Positions 44,514 through 56,200 of a stretch of DNA of 64,000 nt are shown in pieces. The position numbers and the translations under genes were made by a program. The stretch is taken from the IMG/VR virus record IMGVR_UViG_3300025608_000722, positions 1-64,000 of that record; one strand, written 5' to 3'. The notes below the pieces were generated by a model that was not told where the DNA came from, searched no databases, and saw nothing but the letters and a program-made list of their open reading frames with translations. How positions within the stretch are numbered: the stretch's first letter is position 1; each line of letters begins with the position of its first letter. Origin of the DNA: a virus. Its lineage: Duplodnaviria > Caudoviricetes.

Positions 44514-46595
44514 TTAGCCCCCAACTCCTGTATAGATAATATATTTGACTGTTAGGAACGGGTTCATAACATTGTATGGCGTACCTAGTTCAGTAACATC
44601 GAATGTTTCGTACTCTTCAAGTCCTGTGTTTGCATTATAAGTAATGTTTCTTCTGTTTAGAACACCGCCTGATGAAGTACGTGCCTGACCCGCTTGCGAT
44701 CCAGTTGGAGCATCATAAGGAATAGTATCAGCATCCTGTTGTACACCACTATCGTCAAGTATTACATAGAACTGAGCACCTTTTGGTGATCTTAAGTCAT
44801 GTTCGTGTTCTGGTAAGTTTTTAACATCAATAACTCTGCTTTCAACACCTGAACCAAGACCAACTGTATCAGCGTTAACGTCTGAAACTCTATTAGCACT
44901 TGTGCCGCCCATGTTGTCAGCACCAAGCGGGAATCTACCTCTTAAATCAGGTAGTCCAAAAAAGCCTGACGTAACCTGACTTTGATCTTTGAATTGATAA
45001 AGAACTGTGTTGTACAGTGTTAAATAATCTGAAATTCTAACTTCAGAGCCGTCACACAATAACCATCCAGTTGGCACATTAATACCTGCAAACGGCACAA
45101 TAGTAGCAACTGGAATAACCGGAACACTACTTACTAGTGCTTGTTGACTGATTTTAAACACGCCAGTATTATCACCAGAGATTCTGTTAATAATAATTTC
45201 ATCGTCTGCATTTGGTACTGTCGTTAATTGCTTATTAGCAATAAAGGTATTACTAATTGATGTTGTAAATGTTTTAGATGTTCCGCCTACTTGTCCGTCA
45301 AATGTAATTTGATTAGAACTTACATCTCCGGAAATTTGGAAAGTTGTAGCACTAGTTAATTTGTTTGCGTTTGTAGCGCCGCCTGTTACTGTACCAGTAA
45401 TGTTACCAATTAAATTTCCTCTAAATTCAACAGCATTTACAGATGCCCATCGTTTTTCGGAACTGCCCAGTGAATATGTTTGTGTTGCGGCAGGTAAAAT
45501 TGATCCTGTTGTACTATTGCCAGCAACATTTAAATCTGTTCCAACAAATAGCTTTTTAGCAATACCAACGCCGCCGCTGATCTTAACAGCACCTGTTCCA
45601 ATACTAGCACTGTCAGTAGTACCTTGAACAATTAAGTTTGCACTTGTTTGGATTGATCCTGCTACATCTAATGCTTCTGCAGGACTTAATGTATTAATAC
45701 CTACTTTTTCTGTTGAGTCAATTCTAATTACGTTTTTCTGCACACCCAAATTATTAACTTTAAAATCAATCGGTGCACCTGATGTTAAGTTTGTAATGAC
45801 TCCTGAAGTACCTTGTACATCAAAAGTTACACTTGCTGTCTGTCCGACTTGTAAACCTTTGTTATTACTAATAATAATTTGTTGATCTGATGTACTTGTT
45901 TTATCACTTCTTAAAAACTTAGTAGCATTAACTACTTCTCCGCTTACAATAAGATTTTCAGCTTTCTCACTTACACCTAAATATTTGCCGATGCCGGAGC
46001 CGCCAATATTTGCAGATGAAAGATTTAGTCCTGGCTGAATAATTGTAAATCCTGCGATTGTACTTTTTGGTTGGAAGGTTTTAGTACTATAAATTGCTAC
46101 AGGTTGCCCTGCTACTTCGATTTGCAAAATAGTATATAATACTTCGTCTTTACCTGTTACTACTACTGGCTTCGCACCTGTTAGCAAACCATCACTGTAT
46201 TCTGGTCCAACTAGTGTCCAACCCGAGCCTGTAAAAATATACAGCTGATTGTTATCAGTATCTGACCATAAATCTCCAGTTAATGCATTTGCAACATCTG
46301 GTGCGGTATTTCCTTTTTTCAATCCACTTGCATTAACCCATCCAGTACCATCGTAAATTTTAAGAGTATCGATACCTACTGAAGTGTCATACCATAGTTG
46401 TCCCTGAATTGGACTTCTAGGTTCATTAGCGTTTGCAAAGTTTTCTAATAATTTTAAAAAGTTTTCTGAAATAACAGAACCATAACTAGTTGTATTACGA
46501 CCTGGAAGATCTAAACTAGTTTGCTGATTAATTGTACTATCTTCAATTGAAATAGTACCTTTGTTAGAATCTGAATAGTTAATTGTATATGCCAT
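44514..46595 (-). CDS. Short tail fibre-like protein with a tail collar domain
   Basis: 'ATIVPFAG..PTGWLLCDG', 'FGLPDLRGRFPLG', 'H.H' motif, 'NPFLTVKYII'. Confidence 0.8.
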   Translation of the reverse strand: MAYTINYSDSNKGTISIEDSTINQQTSLDLPGRNTTSYGSVISENFLKLLENFANANEPRSPIQGQLWYDTSVGIDTLKIYDGTGWVNASGLKKGNTAPDVANALTGDLWSDTDNNQLYIFTGSGWTLVGPEYSDGLLTGAKPVVVTGKDEVLYTILQIEVAGQPVAIYSTKTFQPKSTIAGFTIIQPGLNLSSANIGGSGIGKYLGVSEKAENLIVSGEVVNATKFLRSDKTSTSDQQIIISNNKGLQVGQTASVTFDVQGTSGVITNLTSGAPIDFKVNNLGVQKNVIRIDSTEKVGINTLSPAEALDVAGSIQTSANLIVQGTTDSASIGTGAVKISGGVGIAKKLFVGTDLNVAGNSTTGSILPAATQTYSLGSSEKRWASVNAVEFRGNLIGNITGTVTGGATNANKLTSATTFQISGDVSSNQITFDGQVGGTSKTFTTSISNTFIANKQLTTVPNADDEIIINRISGDNTGVFKISQQALVSSVPVIPVATIVPFAGINVPTGWLLCDGSEVRISDYLTLYNTVLYQFKDQSQVTSGFFGLPDLRGRFPLGADNMGGTSANRVSDVNADTVGLGSGVESRVIDVKNLPEHEHDLRSPKGAQFYVILDDSGVQQDADTIPYDAPTGSQAGQARTSSGGVLNRRNITYNANTGLEEYETFDVTELGTPYNVMNPFLTVKYIIYTGVGG

Positions 46596-47206
46596 TATTC
46601 ATTAAACCCCGATAAACTTTGTACACGCACAGTGTAATCAATTTGAATCAGTCTATTCAAACTTTTTTGTACTGGGTGGAAAATAACATGTGTTAATAGC
46701 CTACCTTGTCCTGTCGAATTATAACTTACTAAGCCTAATTCATCAAATACATATAAACTATCTGCATTAGTAGCATTATCTACAGCATCTTGACCACTTG
46801 GTTCACCGTAGTCTAACAAACAGGTTACAAGAATATCTGTGTAATTTGTACCACTAACGTGTCTTGATTCAATTTTGTTACGAGCAGGGTCGGTGTTGTT
46901 TACACTTCTATCATCAACTACTTTAATAAATGTTTGGTTATAAAGACTAGCATTAGTACCCGTACTGTTAGGTGTAAGGTATGTAATAATTCCAGTTGGG
47001 TCAATGCTTGTGCCGCCGTTGCCAAATGCCATTTGGTATATAAATCCCTGTCCTGCATTAGCTAAACTTTCTGCAAGTGAGATACTCATATTTTCGTAAT
47101 GGATTGCATTACGCTTATCTACAATGACCTCGCCCGTTTCTGGATTAGAAATTTTAATGTGTCCTTGGAGCATAACTCCGTTATCTTCTTTTATGTTATC
47201 CATCAT
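46595..47206 (-). CDS. Baseplate-associated structural protein (hypothetical)
   Basis: 'GHIKI', 'FDELGL', 'THVIFHPVQKSLNR.IQIDYTVR'; structural context. Confidence 0.6.
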   Translation of the reverse strand: MMDNIKEDNGVMLQGHIKISNPETGEVIVDKRNAIHYENMSISLAESLANAGQGFIYQMAFGNGGTSIDPTGIITYLTPNSTGTNASLYNQTFIKVVDDRSVNNTDPARNKIESRHVSGTNYTDILVTCLLDYGEPSGQDAVDNATNADSLYVFDELGLVSYNSTGQGRLLTHVIFHPVQKSLNRLIQIDYTVRVQSLSGFNE

Positions 47207-47223
47207 ACCTTTTTCCTATACTG

Positions 47224-47230
47224 TATTTAT
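47224..47230 (-). promoter_or_regulatory. Late-type ATAAATA motif overlapping the giant-gene stop
   Basis: Read directly; upstream of SD AGGA/AAGGT. Confidence 0.5.
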
Positions 47231-50200
47231 TTGGGTAGCTCCACCTTTTCCGCCTTAAAGAAACGTGCTACTAAAGTTTCTGAATCAAATAGTGTAATTC
47301 CAGGTGTTTCTGTCCAAAGAGTACCTTGACGTCTTACAATTTGAATTTTAATTCCTTCTGCTGGTGTATTTAACATACTTACAAAAGGTGTTGTACCGTC
47401 TACACTATATTCTGCTGTTAATGTAACATCTGCTTCTGGACTATCTTGATCGCGTGTGTGGTCAAAACTTTGTATTGAATTCTTACGCAATCTACGGCCG
47501 CCTACAAATACTTCAAACTCGTTAACATTTGTTGGTGTAAATCCAAGTTCAAATGTATTAGTTGTACCGTCTGCTACAATTTCATCAATGATAGTTTTAT
47601 CAGCATACGGTGCTGTTTGCAATTGACTTGCATTGTATACGTCACTACCAATTAAATGTTCTGTCGGAACTCCGGTACCTAATGTACCTCTTTGAATTTG
47701 TTTTAACGTATTGCCGTCTTTGATTAGATATTCAATTCTTTCGCCGTTAACAAAAATAATTCCTGGAATCTTACTATTCTTATCTGGTGCGCTTAGGCCG
47801 TCTGCATTATCTAATACAATTTGTTTATCAAATGTAAGTAATGGTTCTGCAAGTTTATAAGATTGAACATCACCTAGGCGCTTATAAATGTTTCTATTAA
47901 GAATATCTTTAAACTGGCTGAATCCAAACTTAGGTGTAATTTGTCCTGTTGCACTAAACTGTATTACTTCAACAACATCGTTGTCTACAAAACTTTGCTT
48001 ATATCTTATATACTGCTTGTCTGTAGTTAATGTGTAGTCTACACTAGGTGTTTGTAAAACACCATTTACTGTTAACCAAACATACTGTACTTCTACTGCT
48101 GGATATCTAAGTTTAATTAAACCATTCTTAACATGGTTAAATTGGATATAATCTTCAGTGCCAACAACTAAAGTTTCTCTTGCAACGATGTCGTAATTAA
48201 TTCTTTCAAAGCCCATGCTATCGTGTTTGTTAAATGTATACACAGTTAATTTTTCACCTATCTCAGGAGCAACTTTAAGCTGTAATGTATTACCGCTGTC
48301 AACCCAAGTATTTTGATTATTAATTTGTTGTATACTTCCGAACGCATAATCGCCGTCAGTAACAATATATGCTTCAAGTATGTCGCCATCATTACCAATG
48401 CCTGGTTCTAGGATAACACTACTATTTGAAGGTCTAATATTATATTCAACTGCAATCGTTAATTCTCTACCGTTTAACACAAATAATACGTCTGATGCAT
48501 CAAAACTACCAACCGGAGTTTGCCATATTTCTAAGAAGTATTCTCTTTGTGCTGTTCTAACATTAAACTGCTGATTGAATCCTGGATTTAATAGCCTGTT
48601 TCCTTGCTTTACAATAACATTGTGACTATTTGGAATAGCACTATATGGAGTTTTTGTTAAATCAAACAACTTAGTACTTCCGTCACCTGTAAATTCTTCA
48701 ACTGCAATTTTACTAAACGAATCTGTCGTACTGTATACAAAGTAACTAACAAGGCTTTGATCCTTTGGAGCAGAACCAAATAGTATTTGAGCCTTTTCAT
48801 TGTCGTCAATGAGTACAGCCTCTACTTCTTTTCCGTCAACTGTTACATAAAAATCTAAATCTTTAGTGTATTTTGCTTTAGTTGTAAATGCAGTAGTACT
48901 ACCATCTGCAACATACTGGCCTTCTTCTAATAAATCTTGTCCGTTTCCACTGATACTTACAATGTTTACTAATGTTCCAATAGTAGGCACACTGCTAAAC
49001 GTAACTGTCTTGTTTTTATAATTTACAGTGTAATTAGTTGAAGATTGTATTACCGAATCAAGTTTTACAATTAGTCCTTGACTATTTTGTGGTTGGATTC
49101 CAAAGTCAAACATAGAATTAATTCCGTCAGCTCTATAAGAATTACTAGATAGTACACTTCCTCCAGCTTCTGGTCTATGGAATACTCTGATATCAACAGC
49201 ATCTAAAATCTGCCCAGGTACTTGTTCCTCAGTACCTTTACTTGTTGTAGGTGTTACAAAACTGTCACCATCAACAATAATTTCTTCAGGATTAAATCCT
49301 CTTGCAGTATTAAACTGTAAGTCTCCACCGCTTAAAATAGTATCATAAGATCTCGGATCTGGTAAGAAACTTCCGTCTGAAGTTGTTTTTCTAAATACTA
49401 AAATATCGCCGGAACTTAATGGGATAATGTCCTCATCAAATACAATAATAGTATCTTCTACTACATCACCGTCATCTGTTATAGCAATGCCTGTTTGTCC
49501 TGCTCCAGTAATACTTGCAATCAAAGCATTTGGATTAGTTGGATTGCTTGGATAGTTAGGATCATCAATTCTTACACCATTTTTATAAACATTATAAACT
49601 ATTCCTGTTTCTAGCGGAGAAGCAAAAGTTAATATTCTTGTGCTATCGTCGCCGAACTGGAATATTTCATCTTCGAACGTTGTATCAAATGTATCGTATG
49701 TTGATGTAAACCAACCATCGGAATCCCAACCTGATCCGCCGCCAAAATCAAAGCTAGTTACTTCAACTCCGCCGTAATCAACGCCTTGCAATAATTGTCC
49801 TAGATCATTGCCGTACATTCCTGTATTTGGATTGTAATACAAATTAATTCTATCTTGTGCTTGCAATAAGTCAGGTGCTTTATTATATTTTACAACCACT
49901 TCTCTGTTAGCAGCCAATGCATTTGTAAATGTAATTCTACCAAAGTATCTTGTATATCCCTTTGTAGTATCCTTAACATTAGAGAAAGAATACTCACTAC
50001 GTAGTGATTCAAGTCCATCAATGGTAACTGTAATTTGTGTAGTTTTTAATTCCATTGGCCATTTTAAATCAATTGTTAACTGATCTAATGTAGTTGCAAA
50101 TGTTTCTGTCTCATTTAGCGTCTGGAATAAGTATGTTTTTGTTACTCTATCAAACTTACATCTAATGTGTGCAGACCTTGCTTTACCATTTCCTAATACC

Positions 50201-53200
50201 GGACTTAGTCTTGCCGCTGTACCGTCATCTTCCAACGATCCAATTACTTCAATTGTTGGCTGTGACAGATATCCGCTACCTGGATTGGTTACTAATACAC
50301 TTGTAATCTTTCCATCGCCGACAAATGCCTGAGCTGTTGCGCCTGTGCCGCCGCCGCCAGTAATTAATAGTTTAGGAGCACCTGTATAACCGCTACCAGA
50401 TTCAGCAATATTAATTTGTGTTACTTCAAATCCAACATTATCTAGCCAATGTTTGCTAGGATAAACTGCTGTATTAGAAACACCTGCTATAATCTCATTA
50501 TTAACAACTTGAACACTTTGCGGAATAATTCTTCCTTCTGCTTCATTATATACTGGTGCTAAATCAAAATCAGTAACTACGTTGTTAGCAGGATCAATCT
50601 TTTCGTATGATGAAATATATTCTCTAATTTTAGTTTTATAAGGCTTCATTTCTTCAACATAAGATTCATAACTAGATAAGTTGTCATTTTGGAAAGTAAC
50701 TTTTTGTTCTAGTTCACCAACATTGTGTTTTGCTTTTACAAAACTTGTTTTGAATGCCCAATCAACATTTGGTTGTTCGCTGAATACATATCTCAAACCT
50801 GCAAAGAACATTTCGTTCCAATGTATCTGTAATTGATCAATAAAGATACTGTCTCTAAGAATAGTAATTATTTTTCTAAATTCAGCAACAGGTTCTGTAT
50901 CATAGAATATTTTATCAAAACTTGCACCATCATATGCAACATTATCACTTGTTACATCATAGAGGGAATCAAGCAACTCAATTGTACCACGCTCTCTACC
51001 AATAGTTTTATAGTTAACACTATAATCAACACTATCTTGATTATCAACTTTTTCTAATAACAACCAGCCGCCTGATCCTACGTTACTGATTTTAATTACA
51101 TCGCCTATATTATCTTCAAGACCATAAATCTGATAACTTCCGTCGAGGGTATAATTAATTAATGTAAACTGATTGTATCCACTAGCATACCAATCTTTAT
51201 ATGTCCAATAAAGATTTACATCATAGCTTTGAGTAAGTACTCTCTGCCAATCGCCTGATATGTATTGATATACACTCCATTTTCCATTAATAGTTTCGTC
51301 ACTCTTAACCAATACTGCAAAATTCCTAACAGAAATTTTAACATTATTTGTATAGTTTTTGCCAGCATTAATAATTCTAACATCACTGATGCCGCCATTA
51401 GCATTTAGAGTAAATTCTAACTCGCCTTCAGTTCCTAATGTATCTGTAATATTATACGTTGGTGGATTGATATATCCTTGACCTGCATCATTAATTAATA
51501 CATTAATAATTGTACCATTTTCAATTTCAAGTTGCAAACTAGCAGGTCTAACTTTAGCAATACTTACAAATCTTAATTCTGCATATGAGTCTGAAGTAGT
51601 ATCATATATGCCAGTTGCAATAGTTGGCAATGGATCGCTGTCTGTTAATTTTGATAAATCAAATTCGTCAACAATTAAATTTTCTGCTAATACTTTATTT
51701 GCACGTTCAACAAATTGTTTTCTTGCTTCAGTTTTATTAATAAACCAACTCTGTCTAGGCTCATTAAGAGATCCGTATTTTTGCTTAACCGGAAGATTAA
51801 TATCAGGTACCGGTCTGTCGTTAATATCAAATCCTACTAAACTATCAATCCATTTTTGTTCAATAACACTATTCGGACGACTTGTTTCCAATCCGTCACT
51901 AATTAATTGATATTGAATGTGTGTATTTTGCTCTTGATTATCAATAGTCCACCAGTTAAAGCTGATTGCTACATCTTTATCTTCGATTAATGATTCACAG
52001 TTATAAATTGCAAATCTATTATTTCCTAAGATTGCAACAAATTTAATATTTGAATTTTCTGGATTAGCAATTATTCTTGAAACAGATCTTGCTGACAATT
52101 TTCTAGTTTCGATTGCTGGTATTGTTGCTTTATCTTTTACCCAGTAATAATAATAAGTTGTGAATGTTTGCGATGAACTATTATACTTACGTCTAACAGA
52201 ATATACAGCATCTCCATATTTACTTGTGCCACTAATACCTTTAGCAAGACCTGCTTCTGTCTCTGCTTGTCTATCCCACTCGCTTGGTCTTAGTGTAGTT
52301 TCAACCCATTCGTATACATCAACAGTAGTACCAGTATATAATTTGTTAAAGTTTGCAGTTGCTTCTGTGATATCTCCTTGATGGTGATTAATAAATCTAG
52401 CACTATCAATGTCCCACCACAATTTACCAACCCACTTTGTGCTTGTGTAATCTAATGCTTGCGCTGTTACATCTGTATTAGTTGATATAGAATACCTTGC
52501 AGGATCGTAACTAGTTTTAAAAGATATTTCCTGTTCAGCTACACCTGCAATTTTTCCTTGAATAGGATCAATATAGTCAAGGTATGCAACCAAACTGTTA
52601 TCTATTTTATTATAAAGATACACACCTTTAAACTTACTAAGGTCTGCAGGTAGTACAGGTGATGATACAATTGTCCAGCTTGTTGAATTTGCCGGTTTTC
52701 TAAATTCTGCAACTACGCCTTTATCGACAGTATTATTTGTTGTAACTGTTTGATCTGGTAATCCAAGATATATATGGTTATTACTAACTTTAACAATATT
52801 TCCAAAATTTTCAGTATCTCTATCATATGAAAAGTCTTGTCCATATAGTAGCGTATCATTTATTGTTTCATATATTGATACTAATCCGCTATCATTATCA
52901 ACAGTATTAAATTTAGTTGCATCGCCGTCAAATGTTGTTACTTGAATATCAAATGTAGTATACTTAACAATGTCGCCGCCTTTAGAAGTAATAGCAAGAG
53001 TATTACCATCAAAATCTAGTTTAAATCCAAATTGTGTATTAGCTGTTAAATCTTTAGGACGAAGTGTTTGACTAAAAGTGTATGTACCATCTTTTAATAT
53101 GTAAATGTAAACTGCTCCACCATTAAGTGAAATGTCGCTGTTAAGAGGTGCACCGACTGCAATTTTTTTACCATCGTTCGAAACTGCTATTGAATTTCCG

Positions 53201-56200
53201 AAATTTTCAGTTAAGTTAAACGGCTCTAATAACTGACTGTACACATACTGATCATTTACTAGTTTGTAAACTACAACTTTTCTATTAGGAATACTACTAT
53301 CGTCTGGATTTGTGTATCTAGCAGTTAATACTAATACTTCGCCCACTGAACTAGTATCAAACTCTTCGCCAATTTCTTCTAAAAATTGTTGTTCTAATGT
53401 ACTTTCTGTAATAGAATAATTAGTATCATTAGGAACATAACCTAATAAGTCTACTCCTGAATTAATCTCTGTCCATTGTGATAGACTAAATGCTCCAGGT
53501 GTTATATTAGTTTTGGCTTCGTAAATAGAATCTCCAAATCTTACATACTCGCCGTCAAAGTAAGTAGCATTAACACTATGCATGCCTCTATACAAAGGCT
53601 CAATACCTAAATTCCAATCTTCATTGTCGTTCTTATCAAAGAAATATATCCTACCTTGGTTAGTTTCGGTGTTATCTCCTTTAGCAAGAACAAATAATCT
53701 GTATGACGTAGGTGATTTTTGTACAATTTTACAAGTTGCTCCTAATCTTCTAAAGTGATCAGAATTTGGAACAGTGTAATAACTAACAAGTTCATATATA
53801 GATCCTGTTTTTTTGTAAATTGCAAAAGTACCTTCAGAATCATTTCCACTACTGTATCCTGATGTTGTTACAGGAATATTATAAACTCTTGTCCAATCTA
53901 AGTTTAATGAAGACGGACTTTCTGCTGTTTCTAAAATACCGTCGATTGTATTTGAACTATATTGCCAGTATTCTAAATCTCTCAAATATGTTTGATTAGC
54001 CGGAACTGGAATATTAGCACCTGTGTCAATAACAATTAATCCACCGTTGATTGAATTTTCAAGATGGCATGCATTAATAGGTCCAATTGTTCTTAATGTT
54101 GAATCGTTTTCAATAAACTGTGCTGAAGAGTTTTGACCATAATCGCTACCAAACGCCCATTGTCCTGATTTATTCTTTAAGTAAATCTTTGCTACACCAA
54201 ACGCACGTTCAATCCAAGCAACTTCTGCGGTTTCGCCAGTTGCGCTATCAATAAGTTCTGTACCTACTACTGGAATAAAAGGATTACCCGACAAGTCAAA
54301 ATTTGTTAATCTAACTTCGAGCCAACCGTTCCACTTGTCAACTACAGTGTGTGTTGAATTATTAAGATAGTTAAAGCTCAAACCTAATACAGGTTCCGGA
54401 TCTTGAACTGCACCATTTACTCTAATTTGGTTTAGCCAAAATCTAACTTCGTCATTAACTGAAGTATTAGTATAATGTGATGCAGATGTTCTAAACCACC
54501 ATCTACTATCAATTAAATTTGTGCCGGTTTGCCCTTGTTGATGAGAAAGTACACCAATCTCTGAAGGGAATGTAGGTGTAGTAATATTCGCTAGTTGTTT
54601 AACATCTAAAATGTTTGTAAAAATTGAATTAGCTCTTAATTCGTTTTCTAGTTTAATATCAGTAACTACTAAATTTGCGTTTGTTTCTACAAGTTCAGTT
54701 GTACTAAATTCCGAACCTACATTAATATGCCACCATCCTGAATGATAGTTGTCTGTAATTTTTAATTGTCTTTCATAATCACCAACTAGCACACCGTTTT
54801 GGTAAATTGATCCTGTATCTAAAAATGATCCGTTTAGATTATTTAAATAGATAGTCATTTGATTTTCATCATTTACATAACGATAAACAATTGTAGCTTT
54901 TGCAGTATCGGTTGTAATATCGCTTCCGGCTGATGGAATAGATAATGCACTTTGAATATGTACAACAGCTTCTACTTTATGAACAATTTCGTGGCTACCA
55001 TTAATAAATGCTTCATTTAAAACTGCATCTCCATTAAATGGTGCAATACCTGCGGCTGTTGCTGTTGTATACCTATTCCATTTTAATTCAAGAACGTCTC
55101 CGGGCTTAGTTCCTTCAAACTGCTCAGTTTGCGCTCTAATTAGAATGTGATCAGCTGGTGCATCTTCAATAGTATAATTTCCTCTGACCATATATTCAAC
55201 ATCAGGATAAGATTGATCATTACTGTCGTATTCATCAATTTTACTCTGTTGATTTGATGCATGGCTCAAGAATTGTTGTATTGTATCAGCATCTTGAACT
55301 TTTCTAGATTTCCATAACTGTGATCTATACAACACAATATCATTAATATTGTATGCTACAGTATTTTTATAATCACCTCTAAATTTACTTTTTACATTAG
55401 ATGCGTTAGGCGATCCTACAGCAATATATTGACCGTCTGGTGATATTGAAACACTTGATCCAAATCCGCCACCAGAATCAAATAGTCCTGTAAATTCGTC
55501 AATTTGTTGTCTAAGACCAAAGTCTGTATTATCGCTAGGTCTAGCAAATACATAAACACTACCATTTAGGTCTTTAGGTGCCGAAATTGCTATTGTATTA
55601 TTGTTAGTCGAAACACTAATGTCAGAACCAAAATCTTTGTCAGTACTATCCAATAGGCCGGCTGTAACATTCTTAATATCTGGTTTTAATTCATATACTT
55701 GTTTATTCTTTAAAACAATCCACTGACCTGTATCATCGTCATCTACCCAGATAGTATCAGTAATAGATGTTTCACCTGTTAGCGAGAATGTTGCAGGAGC
55801 ATCAATAATAGCGTTTGCGTCGGAAAGTCTTGACAATCTAACTGGTTTAAAGAATGTAACATATCCTTTAATATCATCTAACTCTGTTGATTCGCCTTCA
55901 GTTGACAATACAATTTTATTAAGATTAATTTCTGCAATTTTATAAAAGCCGTCTGTAGTTGCGTCAGTATCGACAATACCGATAATATCTCCAACAGCAA
56001 ATTTTGTTTTACGGTTAAGAGTAATAGTAAACTGGCCGCTTGAAGTTGCAGTTACACTTTTAATTACAAAGTTTGTTGTATCGTGTTTATACACTCCCCA
56101 TGTTTGCTGACTTTTATCGTTAGCTGTCCAAACAAACTCACCTGTATCGATTGCTGAAAGAGGTTGTGTTAATAAATCATCATAGTTTAATAATGATAGT

